Source: Phoronis australis (Eukaryota; Animalia; Phoronida). Taken from it: a stretch of DNA of 64,000 nt. Location: positions 84,826-148,825 of the forward strand of contig NMRA01000232.1 in NCBI GenBank assembly GCA_002633005.1, given 5' to 3'. Below, in pieces: positions 39,101 through 54,100 of the stretch (positions are counted from its first letter, which is position 1; each line of letters begins with the position of its first letter). A model generated the notes under the pieces. That model ran no database searches, was not told where the DNA came from, and saw only the letters and a list, made by a program, of their open reading frames with translations. A program made the translations under genes and the position numbers.

Positions 39101-42100
39101 GTTTTCAGCGTATTCAAGATGATGACACAAAGCTTCAAACAATTCTTCAGCTGTTTTACAGCCTCGCTTATCGAGAATCTGTAAATTTCCATATTGATAT
39201 CATCGAAGATAAGGGAAAGAACGATAACGGAGACGATGGCGATTATGACGGAAGCTGATGGTGAAGATGATGATAACGATAATGTTGATGACGGCGACGA
39301 TGCCGAGGCTTCACTTCTCATAGCTCTTTAAAGCCATTTGAACGATTGATAGGAAATTCGCTATTTCATAGAAAGATTTGAGTGCCACTATATGCACATA
39401 AAACACAAAAAGAATTGTATGTTTTTCTAAAGATAAAAATAGAAGTGAAAACTCTAGCTACTAAGCCAACAAAATCATCGTCTGCACTTCTGATCTTTTC
39501 CAGAATCATTCTCAATTTAAACCAGGACCTCGTTATACAAAGAAAAATAGCCCCTCCGCGTCACGTTTAGTGAAGGTCTTCTTGAAAGCTGCAGAAACTT
39601 ATCTAAAGGTAATTTTAAAGAAAATTGCGTGGGCACTTAGAGACAATTCCCCTTTTAATGACGTTAAAGGAGAATGCCACATAAAAAACAACGTGTTTTG
39701 TATCAATTTAGATCGAGTAGTTCCATTCGATAACAGCAAGTTCAGTTTTTTTACCTGACACCAGGCGGCAGACGGAGGTGTTGCAATTCACCAATTTCGT
39801 CACAGGTAAAGACAACAGTTCACAAGACGCTAACTGGTGTCAGCTTATCGCTTGAATTCATAATTTCACACCAATAAATCATCAAAATCGTATGTAAAAC
39901 TCTTTCAAATATATTGAGTTTTTAAGCAAATGAGTTGTTTTATTTCGCTGTTAAGGATTTATAGAAAATTTGAACGTAGTGTAGCCTACAAAGTTCGGTA
40001 GGCTAACTTACCGAGGTCGGTCGCGGGAAGTTTGGAGTCTGTTTGGTGGTAAATTAGGGTTATTCTTCCGCGAAATACGGACAGGAGAGCTCAGCCGTGT
40101 GTTGTAATTTTAGACTTGCGATTTTTTCAGTTCTCATGCAATGCGCTCGTTATAACCCTGTAGCTTGGAATCCTAACAGGCCCATCGCGGCCGTACTGGA
40201 GACATTACGAAAATAAACTAAATAAAGACTCCCCTAACACCTGTCCACACAACAGCTTTCTGTCAGCAAACACTGAATAAGCATGCGCTCACAAGGGCGA
40301 TTGCCCGGTCCGAATTAGTTTTATTGCATCTGTAGCCAGCAACGCAGTATGATTTACTGATTGTTGATTTCTCAAAACATTTGCATTCACGAACACTCCT
40401 AGGGCATTACAAATTACTTTGACACTTTGCTTCAGATTTATATAAACATTGCTTAGGGAGAGAATAATTTATTTTGAAACAGAACAATGCAGGCCACAGA
40501 CACGGAGATATTTCACGCCCTCGTACTTGGTATAAACGATGTACTTTCGTTCTTTACTGCCGGGAACCACTTCCAAAGAATTTCGGATTCTCAAGGAAAT
40601 CGGAAAACCATAACGGTATCCGCTTTAATCACAACTTCATGGTTAGCACAAGCGGGAACGATACTCCACACCATAGCAGCACATACTCAACTGAAGAACC
40701 ACTGACGTCGATGCGTCATGTACTCACCTTCGTCACAGGTTAACGCGACACCTTTAGGCGAGGTAAGATCGATTGTATACGAGGTGATGTGGATATAGAC
40801 TGATTAAGACGGTAACAAAAACTAATTAAATTGGGTGGCATTCTCCTTTAATTGACTAAAAACAGCTTCCAAACCGCAAGTGGTACCGCTTTGGATTACT
40901 GCCAGTCCCCCGATCACAAACCAGTAAATAACAGCCAATATGCAACAGAACAACAGAAAAATACCTCTAAGTTGGCCCACTGGATCCTCCCAATGCATCG
41001 GCTGGAATTACGCCATGCAGTCCTGGCGCCAAATACCAGTTCATCCGTCAGCAACTCGTATGTGGCGTGTTCTTCAATGGAGCTCTTCACCTCATGCCAT
41101 CGTCTCATGTGTTGTTCTGAGTTAACTCTGGAAATAAATGATGATGATAATTGATTGAAAGGCCAGAGAGGACGTTTTAAAATTGGCTATCTGAGTCAGA
41201 AGCAGATGCACGTTTTCTGTTTTACCATTATGCATCCATGTTCTGTTGGAGAGATGCCTCACAAATTGTCAACAGCTTCTGTACACTCGTTACGTGACGA
41301 CTGTGATGTAAACCCCTTATTTAAGCTGCATTGCGCACTGCGTAGATATCAGAATTGAAAATCGAGTTAGGCTTTCTACTCTCAGAAAACCGATCTCATA
41401 AATACGAATTTGCGTTGCTGAATGTAATTTCCGGGTTGGCAAATCCCAATCAACTCTGAAGCGTTCTTTTTGATAAAGGAAAGAGAAGCCTATCACAGTA
41501 AGACCTATTGTTAGTCTCCTGCATAGACCCTCGAGGTTGGTTGGGGTCTGCTACAGCGCACTTATCCATATGCATTCTTGGAATATCATTGGCTTTTCCG
41601 ATTTCAAGAAACAAGGCATTCTATTGGTCAGTTGAATAATAGGTCAAACTAGTTCACCAACAGGGCGACTTCCAGTAAGGAAAATGTCGATGGATTTACA
41701 GCTGTTTAAATCTCTCTGCTCTCGTCAAACTCCCGTATTTCAAAGCTAAGTCAAGGAATACATCACCAGTAACGTATACGAAACATGTAATGATAATTAT
41801 TATCTTGTATACTATGCAGTATTTTGAAGTGATGTGATTTTTACGAAATAATTTGTGGAAGAGACAGCCATTACGGCATTAGCTGATTAGGCCATTCACA
41901 ACAACAGTCATTTTAGGCACACTGTAGCACCGAATAGCGGGAAAGGAGTAGCTGAGTGCGTCGTGGCCACAGGAGATTGCCTCGATCTTTTCAGAGCACA
42001 CCCTCTCGTATGTTAACATGTTCATGTGCGTTATGTAAGCTCCTGTTATTACCGTGAAGATTGAATTATTGGGTCAGATAAGGATATATTCTGAAATACT

Positions 42101-45100
42101 GCTATTCATGACATTAACATTGTCATTGCAATGTATAATACACTGGCACACTTGTCGCTACCCACAGAAGTTAGGAGCATAAAAATACAGTCAATGGTCC
42201 TAAACACACAAACATTAACCTGTCTAGCAATGGTTTTATAATGACTGACATCGCTTTTGGAGGTGCCATTCAGGAGTGCCTCTGGCTCTGACTGCCATCC
42301 TACAGTCGTACAGAGTATTCAATTATTTCGCAGGGTGTTTGTTGCTGTGAAATTAGGATTATACACACTCTTTTGTATAGTCAGCAAGATAAAACCTCAC
42401 CCTTTTTTGAGTTGGCACAGTAATTAAAACTGACCCATTTTGGTTAGAGCCTCAATGGAAGAATCAACTTTTCTGATAACATAATTATGCAAAGTTATTA
42501 TTTACAGGGAATTTAATTTTAGCAAAAAGCTCTCTGGGCTGTATTCTTTTTAAAACAACAAACCTCAGTTGCATATGAAACCTTCAGTGGTTTTGGTGCT
42601 AAAATGGATCATTTTATACAGTTCCAACCAAAAAGTAAATATTTTGTGTGGAATTTATTTGGAAATTCACCCTTTCATGGTGACTTTTGCAATTCCCGAG
42701 TCACTGGTCAGAGTGTCACATTTGGTCATATGAAATCTATGCAAGTCTCCTCTCTCCTGGACCCCGACTCGTCGACTGTTCCATTTTTTCTTTCCACGTT
42801 CACATGATGTCAAGTGTTGTGGAGTTTGCAACAATCATCTATTAATATCAGTCTAATTGCAAAACAAAATCTCAGAACCATTCTAAAACATTCTGAAACT
42901 ACTAAGGTTTGCTGTAATCACAGCATCCTGGAGTTAGACATTGTAAACAAGCGAACTTTAAAAACCTGGTTCGTTAAAATGACTACTAGTTGCAAAAACA
43001 TCTCACATTTCAAAATTGGGAGCTCAGGGTACTTCAAAGATTTTAATCTGGGTCACTAAACCCAATATTGACGGTTTCTTGTGCGTTACTTGGGTTGGAT
43101 TGTTATCCAGGCAATAATCACTCACTGGCAATCCGAATTTTGAGAACAAGTTTTAACGCCTGCTATTCAGTGAAAAACAGGTTCCTGTTATACAGTAGAA
43201 AACACTGGTTCTCAAAGTGGGGGTGCCCTGTATGTTACTATTACCATTATGTTTTGCTCAGTGTTTTGAGCAACATGCTAGTGTTTTATTCTTGTGGTTA
43301 TGATCTACATAATACAGCAGTGATTTTAGTCAACATTTCGGTCTTTTCGAACAGTTTTTCAAAATTACAAATTTGACTCTTACTGAGGGGACCTCCTCGT
43401 GGGAAGAATTGGGCAGTGTGAAATGCTTCAGAACATTCGCACTGGCAAACACCCTCACGTTGACATCATTAATGTGCTCCTAGAAATAGTATACTCATAA
43501 GCTACAAAACACACGACATGCCAAGAAATTTATCTAACCATTGGAAACTTTATTTTGCTGATGTATTGATTACAAATATGGTTAGCGATAGATTGAAGTA
43601 CTTAGTTTGGGCATTAAAGGCGAAAGCAACCTTTTTTAATGTCACTTTTAGCAAAAATAAGGTTCGTTGATTATCCCAGACACATTTTCACTTAATTACA
43701 GCTTTTCGTAATTTGATTAATTCCTCGTCCTCTACTCCAGAAGTGACGTTTTGGGAGGCAAGAGTTTCGCGCCAACTTCTTTTCATTATAGTCTGACTGT
43801 GAGAGCAGTCGAGTCAGTCATTGTTCTACCTCGGTTGTGATAAATTCGGTCGTCGTTTGCTTTTGTTTACAAGTCAGTCAACATTCCACGCTGTTGCTGC
43901 GTGCCGGGATGTAGTCATTATCGTCTCACACGGGCTTTGGGTACCTTGCGTCGCTTTCCGAAGGATGACACACTTCGCCGTACTTGGCTAGCTCGTTCAT
44001 GTGAAGAACGCTGCGCTACCCGTCCACGCAACGTACAAAGCAGTGGAGGGTTACCGAGTGTGTGCCAAGCATTTTCTGCCGTCAGATTATGACAGATATG
44101 TACGCTGAATTGATGAAGGTCCCTGCGAAACAACGCCTGAAGAAGGGTACCATATCGTCGCTGTTGATTCCCGGCAGTGCCCCGTCGCCAACCCCAAGAA
44201 GTGCGCCTCTGAAGCGAGAAGCCTCGCGAGCTGTGGCCATTAGACAGTGACTGGAGGCACTTCATCTACTGTCACCCGTGCCTCCGAACGTACCCCATTG
44301 CGTGCAATTCCGGGAACTAGCAGTGATTCGCCCTGTGCTGTTGTCTCTAGCCCAGAGCCTGAAGCAGCCCTGCGGCGATGTTGAGTAATGGGTGTGAATA
44401 CAGGCCCAGTTCGACACCCAGTTAAGAGGACAGTTCGTCATCCAGTGAACAGATCGGTGAGCCTAAGTTTGATAAGTTTATTGTGGACTTGTATTGGAGC
44501 CATTTGGAAGGTACCAGGTGTGTGGCAAGGGAGTCACACGGCAGGATGTAAGCAGTTTGGGTGCTCAGATCACCCTTCAGTGGGAGTTTGTCGCGGGACA
44601 CTCGGGCAAGTGGGACAGTTCTTCCTCCGTACGTGAGACGATAATGAGTACACCCCAGTATGCAGCAACAGCGTGGCATGTTGACTAACTCGTAAGCAAA
44701 AGCAAACGACGACCGAACTTATCACAACAGAGGTAGAACAATGACTGACTCGACTGCTCTCACAGCCAGACTATATGAAAAGAAATTGGCGCGAAATTCT
44801 TGCTTCCCAAAACGTCACTTCCGGAGTAGACGACGAGTAATTAATTAAATTACGAAAAGCAGTAAATAAGTGAAAAATATGTCTGGGATAATCAACGAAC
44901 CTTATTTTTGCTAAAAATGACATGAAAAAAGGTAGCCTTTGCCTTTAACATAGCCGTGGGCGCACAACAGGGCTATCCCCTCCTCATTGCAAACCCTTCT
45001 CCTGTTAAAAACTCATTTCAGTTCTTGCCTAGCCTCCCTGTCCCTGTCCCCTGTTCATACAGTGCTTCCAAGTTGCCTCACATTACAGTAATTGGTTGCC

Positions 45101-48100
45101 AACAATTTCAAGTTTAGCAACCTCTTGAATAATTCTGACTACACCAGTGTTGCTATGGGAATAGGTTACTAAAGACCCGACTGCCATTCAAGTTGCACAT
45201 TCCCTGCCTTGTGAAAGCATAAACCATTATGAAATTAACACCTGGGCCCTGGGTTTCAACTTTTTACTCAGAATTATTTGTTATTTTCTATTCTAGTTTT
45301 GTTTGAACTCGAGATAAGTTTCTTTTATTCTATACTTGAGTGCTTATCGATGGCAATTAATGATCCCTGCATTAGAGCTAAAACTTTGAGTCTGAGTTCG
45401 AGGCTTCACTAGAAATCTTGAGTTTTTACTCAAATTTTAGCTCGAATCTAGTAGACATTAAGTACTAGCTTAATCTTGCAAGAAAGTGGACGACTAGAAG
45501 TGGCAAAAACAATTTCGAGTTCGATTTGGATTGAAAGTTTCTCTACAGGTGTATTCCCAAAACATGATCGCATAATCCCTTTCCAGGGTTTTAAATAAAT
45601 CCATACACGACTGGGCTGGAATCTGTTTTGCCCAAAATGCTATGTGGAGAATAATAAAACATCTGTACTAAACTGTGTTGAAAAAATGAACCCTTTTGAA
45701 GTTCCTTATCCTCAAATTGTACCATTTTTCTAGCTGCTATTAACCCAACCTCTTTTTAGAACCGTCATGTAACAACATAAGATTGGTCTGGTACAAACAA
45801 TGTTGTTTTTGGCCAAATTAGTAGCACTCGCATGAAGATTGGCATTGGATTTGATGTCAATCTTCATGTGTGTGCTCGTGATTAGACTCTTGATCTCGTA
45901 CTGTTCCTTACTGAGATTACATGTGGTACATTGGCTTCGGCTGAACTGATAGTTTGTTATTGCTTAAACAGTACACACCATGGATTTTTGCACATTTTGA
46001 ATTACCAGTGGCCACAGACTAAATGTATGACGTAAAATTTAGCTAAACCCATGTTTATTTTGTGTAATTAGCTCGAAATTTTGATTTTTCTTTCAATTTT
46101 GCCAATTTTCACATATCCCGCCATGTGACGTCATGGGTTGAACACAAGAGATCAGTGACTAGCATTGAACAATAGCGGAGAGCAGTGAATTTGAAAGCGA
46201 CGACGATTATGAGCAAGAATTGAATGAATACTATGAAGAAACGTACGGGAATGGTGGCCAGGATGAAGAAATGGGGTTGCACGAAAGCGAGCTACCAAGT
46301 TTGATGTGCTTCCGGCTGCGTACTTTTCTACTTTGAGCCTTACGAACTGGATCCTCCCGCGAGAGAAGCGGCCTCGGGCTCGGCGAGTCAACCCAGTCAT
46401 CCAACAGACGATTCTGAATTAAGAGCCGATGTTTCTGAATAATAAATATTGTCCTTTATTGAACCAGGCCTTCATCGTAACATCTCCTGTGACTGGAGTC
46501 GAAACACGAGTCCTCAAAGTGGACAAAACACAGAGTCATTGGCCCCGGACCGAATCGCTTGGTCCACGATGAGGTCCCACACTCTCGTTTGGCGCACTAA
46601 GCGATGTCACTTCTGCGCAACTTTGGTGTCCTTCGGAACACCGAGACGTTCTCCGCCTGGCTGTTGTTGCTGCAGCCTCCGGCAACAGATCTTTTGATCC
46701 CTCTACGAACCTTCTCGACGCTAAATGTTCTTTGCTTTCACTTCACTCTATACACTTTGTCTCTGTTCCGATCAGTATGGCGAACGACTTGGGTTCAACC
46801 CATGACGTTGTACATAATTATTATTTTTTTCAATTTTTGCGTGTTTCTTTATGAGCTGTGCACTAAAGGCACTGAAATCAAGTAAGATATAATAATAAAA
46901 TTTATTTTGAGGTACTAGAGTCATGTTGTGTACACTTTAAGACCTGGTGTAATAACTATGGCTTTGAGCAATAACAAAGTTTGAATTCTTCCAAGTCCAC
47001 TAAGGAACAATTTGAGACAGGGATATATACAGGGCTTGGAATTTTCCTTTTTTGTTTTTATTTCCTCTTATTTGATTTCCAGCTTTTTTTATCATCATTT
47101 TTGGCTTGATTCATGCAAAAACATTTATTTCAGTTTAATTTTACAACACAAAAATATTTTTGTGAAATGATAGATCACCTGGAAAATTTTCCTCTTATAG
47201 TCATTCCAATTCCTGTATATAGTTGTTCAGATCAAAATTTATTCTTTTTGACATAAGCCGCATTTATAGTAACTTTAAGGGATTTAATTCGAAGGAAATC
47301 TGGAAGCTAGAAAACACCATCTGATAAGCGCATTCTGAAATCAACAATTGTGCTTGTACTTTCCAAAATGTTCAACACACATGCATAGGGTTTATTCCAC
47401 CATCCCTGGACTTTCAGAGTACCCTCCTAAAACCATTTCAAGGTGGTACTCCCACAGGTTTATACAAGATACGACACTAAACTGGTTGATTTTTTCAAAC
47501 AATTTCTCTTCAAAATGGTGCTTGAAAAAATCCCTACCAAAGCAAACTCTTTCCCATGAATACAACGGGTTTCACTCTGGAAGTTAAAAACACTGTAAAT
47601 GGTACCTTTTTCCTACTGCAAAAGGGGTTTTAATACGATACCTGTATTTTTAAAACCTTGTACACCAGACTCATTTTTGACAACAGGAATCTCTGAGCCG
47701 ACTTCTTTAAGCTTAATGGGTGAAAACGACAGCTGTCCAAGAATTACTACGAAAGGATTCAGTTGTTAGCATTAGCTTTTATAAAAAGATTGAAACATTA
47801 GGCTACAATTTTATTGAAGTCCAAACCTCGGACCACAAACAAAATATTTTTTTAGCCACTGTCTAAATGGGTGGAGATTCTTCTAGTACCAGATATGCAC
47901 AAAACTAAAGGATAGGGCCCATTTGGAACACCTCTCGGGTATTTTCGTAGGTACAAATTTACCCTCGGAACATCTGGAGCACCTCGGCTATTTTCCTATT
48001 TACATGTACAAATTTTTCTTAGAAACACTTCAGGTATTTTCGTAGCCTCAAATATCCTATCGGAGATGAATGTTATCCAAAATATGGCAAGTCACGTGAT

Positions 48101-51100
48101 TTTCAATCTTGACAATAATAGGCTAACTGCAGAGAGCGCTCACCTATTAGGTGAGCTTTGAGGTTACAAAAACACCCGAGGTGTTTTGGATGCCCTTGGA
48201 AGTTAATGTTTTCACTGCATGCTCGATCTTTATGGCCAATCATTCTCCACTAAGTTTGATAATCACGCAGGTTAAATTCACCTCCAATTAGAAATTTGAG
48301 GCCCCGAATATACCCAAGGTGATCTGAATGGCTTAGGACCCTCAAGTTGTGCGGGGTACCACCTCAAAAAGGGAAATGGGGAAGAAAAATTATTATGTCA
48401 ACGAGGTGAGGGTTGTAGCTTGAGAATTTTGGCTACCTGGAGGGTCGAAAATTGTGTTGTTCTAGGAGGTGAAGACTGTGTAGGCTGCGAAGTGGTGGAA
48501 ATTGGTTGCCAGCAGTGTCTACTGTAACACTGTACAGAGACGGACAGGAGGAAGGGGGGGCGCGGCAAAGGGGCCATGGCCCTGCCTAAAATTCTCCCAG
48601 ATTCCATTTGGCAGTTTGGGGGTGCAAATGCCTGACAGGCAAATTTCGGGACGTTTTCAATTCATAAAAAGCGTTCAAAAATGAAATTGAAAAAATGCCA
48701 AGTGAGAAGAGTGAAGCCATTGTTAATTCAGGTTTATTTTCCTAATAAGGAATCGATAATTAGATGATTTTACTTCAGTTTGTTGGTAATATCACAATAT
48801 ATAAACAGCTACCTCACAAGAGAGTTTCCCCGGACCGCAAACGCGATCCAGTCTCAAAATAACTTTTTATTCTAGGGACACTTAGCTACCTGATAACGTA
48901 ATACCGGATGTCAGTATGCGCGGAGCAAACTTCCTGGTTAAAAACTGCCAGCAGACAGCCAATGAAAACCATCGTTCTAGTGCGTTGTACCTGGGCCTTC
49001 ACAAGCAATCCGTGACGTCAGCTTGTGAGGCCCGGGAACCAGGTTAGACCTATTGCGCGACTGAGTAAAAGGCCCAATTCAATTTTCGTTTCAACCACTT
49101 AAACGTTGCGAAATTCAGCTTTAAACGCACTATAAACACCCAAAAATAAACTTTGTGATTTAGGCCACTTTCCCTTTATTAAGAAACAGTTTTAAAATAA
49201 GTCACTTGAATTGTGGAGCAAATTTATACTTCTGCATTGTAAAATTGTGCATATGGGTCCGAGGCCGTAACAAGAGAAAATTAGGCAACTCGTACGCTAA
49301 CAATATTTGCACTCGAGTGGACGAAAATGCTTCCATCTTTCACCCCATAGTCTCCAGCGAAGTTCTCGGCACATCTAAAGCTTGATGGCGCCGTCACAGA
49401 TTTAAGTGAGACGGTCGCTATTCGTGGACTTGCCTCAACGTGTAATGGGTGAAATGATTGCTGTCGTAACAACGCTCCTGGCAAGCAAATGAGTTTCAAA
49501 GTCAAAAAAGAAAAATAAGTACGTCAAACGACCACCACGACTGCTTTTAAAATTGTAAAATAAATATTATCTGTCTTCGAATTTTTAAAGCTGATACATT
49601 ATTAGGGAAACTAGCAAATAGGTTTTCTTCAGCTGCACGGCTGAGCCACACTCATTTGTTAACGGGTTAGTGACAGTCTGGCTCTGGCGTGCTTTTAGCG
49701 TCGGGGTGACAAAAGGTCAAATGTTAGCCTACGAATTGCCTCATGATAAACTAATTTGTACCACAAGTTCTAAAGTTTGATACTGCCAATCGAAACCAGA
49801 TCAGGCGATCGCAAAAAATGTTCATCATATGACTGAAACAAAGTAATATTCTGGTGCACGGCGTGACTAATGTTACTTCCTCATTACATTTAACAACAGA
49901 AATTTTACATTTTCTACGCCCAGTATCTCTGTATGCCTCTCTATGGACCCTCCTTCTAACATGTTATCGTTATGAGAGCCAGGATTATAAATCACATTGA
50001 AAATTGGAATTTGAAACTCATTAAGCCAAGCAAATAATGAAAAGAAAACTTGAGAGTTCGTAAGTTGTTTCTCTTTCACCTTTAGCTTAGCAATATGTGG
50101 ACAGAGTCCCTTACTGGTGACAAGGTAAACGGGATTACTTACAAATGTTTGTGTTCATAATACTGAGTTATGAAATCTTGGGCCTCAGCTAACACTTCGT
50201 ACACAGGCTTCAGACTGTCATTTCGTTTTATTTCATCGCTGAATGCTATCTTTGAGCCTTGACAACCAGAAGCGTGACAATGAGTGGGCTGGAAGAAGAA
50301 GAATAACTTTTTCAGCACAAACGCTACCTTTCAAAATGAAAAATTCAGTGGCCGGTTGTATGCTGGATAAGGTGTAATAGTGGAAGGGAGCCAAGAATAC
50401 ATTTTCTCCCCGAGTGCAATCTACATTCAGGCTTAAGAGCGCTACTTTCACTTAAATTTAAAAAAATAGTTACATTTTGCGTAGCAAAATACACACATAA
50501 AGTTTTACGAGACAGCTTTATTATTAACCTATTTCAACAAAATATTCGTTAGCCAAAATGACCCGCCAGAGTTTCCATTGTTCAGCGTATTCCACAAACT
50601 TAACAAAATTACTATATTACAAAAGAATGTATTTCTGAATATCCACCTCAAGCTCCACATGACCGAAAAATATTTGATTTTAAACGACACTTTCTGATTC
50701 TACAACTGAATATTTTCTACACTATAACAGTACCCAGTTTATGACTTCTTTGTCCTTTTTAATAATATTCTGAAAATCTTCATGTTTCTATTTATAGTTA
50801 ATCGTAAACCTCTCTTAGCCAACAACAAACAACAGTAACTCCTGACAAAAAAAATCCAGTCACATCACATACTTACACATACTTGAGTTTCTCTTTCTAT
50901 ATTACAGAAGGTACACTTTTTACACAGACATTTATATTTATTTTAAACAAGAAGGAATTAGTAGCCAAAATCCTGTGTAATATTTTGTATTGCAACCATC
51001 GTAATGGAGAATGTAGCGTGCATCTGAAGGAATGCAATAACTTTTTTCCATGTGTTATCATTTATACGGAAAAGTTTTTTGTGAGGGTTTTTTCATGTCA

Positions 51101-54100
51101 GATCATTTATCACTTGCTTCTGAGGCTCCCAATGCTTATAGACGAAGTTCTAAGACATCTTTTGACAACATTTAGTAATGACATGCAACCTCTTTTTTAA
51201 GTTTTCAAAACTAAGGTAAAAATGTTATTGTCAACCTATAAGTCATTTATGTAAAATGTTCCATTTTCTCCATTGCTTTTACTATGGAATTATTTATTTC
51301 CAATTTGTAAATTATTGAAAACTATAGACTAATGGTTAGGCAGCATCTTTCCTTTCGTTGAATTTTTGTTGTTTTCTAAAACTCGCTCCAGAGTTTCAAA
51401 CAATCTCTTAAAACGGATTATCTATCGGGGCAAGTGTCATAGTATAGTTGTCACCATAATTAACTATGCGTCTGCAATGAACTTGGCTACATGCATTAAT
51501 GTTCTTGCATCCTCTGCCTGTAAGAGTCTGTTAAACATGACAATACCTGTTGATATATTACCTATATATCTCTTTCTAGCCTCATCATATAAGGGACATT
51601 TAAACAAAAATGGTGTTCTGGTTCTATTCTAATCATACTGCATCACTGGCATTTTCTCTCGCTAACAGTGAGATCTAAGTTTCTCTCTTAACACTCATAC
51701 GAGAATGTAATAAATGAATCATCTTTTGAAAAATTATTGTTTTCAAAATTGTAATTCTTCCTAAAATCAAATCTCATCAATTTTTGGTTTGAAGCTTTTT
51801 CTATCATTTCTAGATGTAGATTAAATTTTATTCTTAGTGTTTTAAACCTAGTAACTCCCCAGTCCAACCTCCAAAGCCGATGCAGGTGAAGTACTTCCCT
51901 AGGGAATTTTTGCTACCACTAAGTTTGAAACTCACGCAGGTTAAATTCACCTCCAAGGTGAAATTTGAGGCCCCGAAGATACCCAAGATGATTTGAATGG
52001 CTTAGGGCCCTCAAGCTGTGTGGGGTTTCACCTCAAAGAAAGAAATGGGAGAAAAAATTATGGCGACGAGGGGAGGGTGTAGCTCGCGAATTGTGGCTAC
52101 CTGGAGTGTCACGAATTGTAGTGTTCTACGGAGTGAATACTGTGTAGGCCGCGGAGGGGTGGAAATTGGGCGGCAGCAGTGTCTACTGTGGCAGATTTAG
52201 GGGGGGGGGGTCGCAAGGGGGTCATGGCTCCACCTAAAATCCTCCCAGATTCCATTTGGCAGATCAGGCAAAGCCCCCCCACCCCCTAACCCAAAATCCT
52301 GGATCCGCCCGGGCTGCAAAAGACGTTTTCAATTCATAAAAAGCGTTCAAACAATGAAACTGAAATATGCTAAGTGAAAAGTGTGAAGCCATTGTTAATT
52401 CAGGCTTATTTTCATAGTAATGAATCGATAATTACATTATTTTCAGCTCAGTTTATTGATAATATCCCAGTGTAAACAGCTACATGTAGCTCACCAAAGT
52501 TCCCTCGGTTTACCGGATGTAAGCAGACGCACGCCAACTTCCTGGTTAAAAATTGCCAGCTGACAGCCAGTGAAAACCGCCGTTGTAGTGTGTTGTACCT
52601 GGCCCTTGACAAGCTATGCGGTGTAACGTCAGCGTGTGAGGCCCGGGAACCAGGTTAAGATGACCAGTGATCATGCAGGGCTCCTCGCTTGTTCCCTGCG
52701 TGTCGCTAAGTGGTAGCCAGCACGCAGGTAGCAGGCAGTAGCACGCACTTTATCATTGGTTGATGTAACCTCGGCAATCATTGGTTAGCTTTACAACAAA
52801 GTGAAAAAATGGCGGACTATGAACGATTTTTAGTCTTGTCGTGCAAGTGGCGTAGTAGCAACAATTTCGTTTCTGCAGTAGGCCAAATGTTTAATAACCG
52901 AATGCTTGAAGCCCATACATGTACAATAAACACGGCGTCATCTGGCCGATTTAACTATTGTGTTATTCATTCTGTATGAATACAGGACAGCAATATAAAC
53001 AAAATCAGGGACAGTAGAAAGATGCATTCCGAAAAGCGGATTCACATTTCTTGAACATGAATTTTAAGCACTGGTTTGTCTGTACAACAGACCACATTTA
53101 CACTTCCTCTATCAGTCATGCCAGTTTGTTTGCTTAAAGCGCTGCCTGTTGAGAATTCGACGAGCCAATCAGACACGCCGGTGTAAAAAAATTCCCGAGG
53201 AAAATTAAGTGATGCCTGCGTGCTGGCTACCACCTAGCGGCACGCAGAGAACAAGAGAGGCAGGGCTCCACATGGATTGCAACTATTCTCACGTGACAAC
53301 ACAAGTGCAGAAGTACGCGCATGCAAGTTTCACGTGTTGCAGAGGTCACATCGTAGATTAAATTTATTGTTGCAGTCCCGTTAAATGAGTAAACTTTGCG
53401 CGTATTAGCTGTCAAGTTCTGAGTCAGAAAGCAAGTAATTAGTTGTTTGACGAAATAAAACCTAATCCATGTGTTTTTTTTTGTGTTTGAGAAATCAATG
53501 CTTATGTTCGAGACTCCGTGACCCAATGATTGTCCGGCTGTCTTATCTCGAACGGCCGGCGCAGCTCACTTGCCGTTGCGTGAAACACGCTACGTAATGA
53601 AAATAAGATTCGGAGGTAGCAGACACGAGCAAGTCGTCAGTCAAAAGTTATTACAAAGGCATTACATGCGGGCACCCGGCCTTCAATATGGGGTCTCGAA
53701 TTTGGTTACGTCGTTGACCTCACCTTCATATTTTTATTCTAGTTCGCCTCGTGTACCTCTTCAGAGCACTCTCATTTTTTGTTGATTACATTTACTTCAT
53801 AACTGATGCCATTAATAATTATATGAAAGAAATTTGAAATAATCGAATCCTCAATGTAGTTCTTGTCATCAGAATCAAAGTATGCATCCGGATTCACTTC
53901 AGCTAAATTAGATGAATTTTTTTCTGTCACCACGATCATATTTCAACAAAATTTTGTGAATTATGGGCTCATCTGTACGAAATAATATCCAGAAACTCTC
54001 TGCAGAGTCATGATTTAACTACCTTCAAAAAATTGCTAAATTATTGGTTAATGCAAAGAAACGTCGGAAATAGTTCCTTAAATAAATTAGTTTTGACTTA

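Noticed and set aside
40011-40160. Strong minus-strand donor (gtaagt at about 40010) as another alternative first exon
   Set aside because: Only a donor motif; no supporting reading frame or acceptor was identified.
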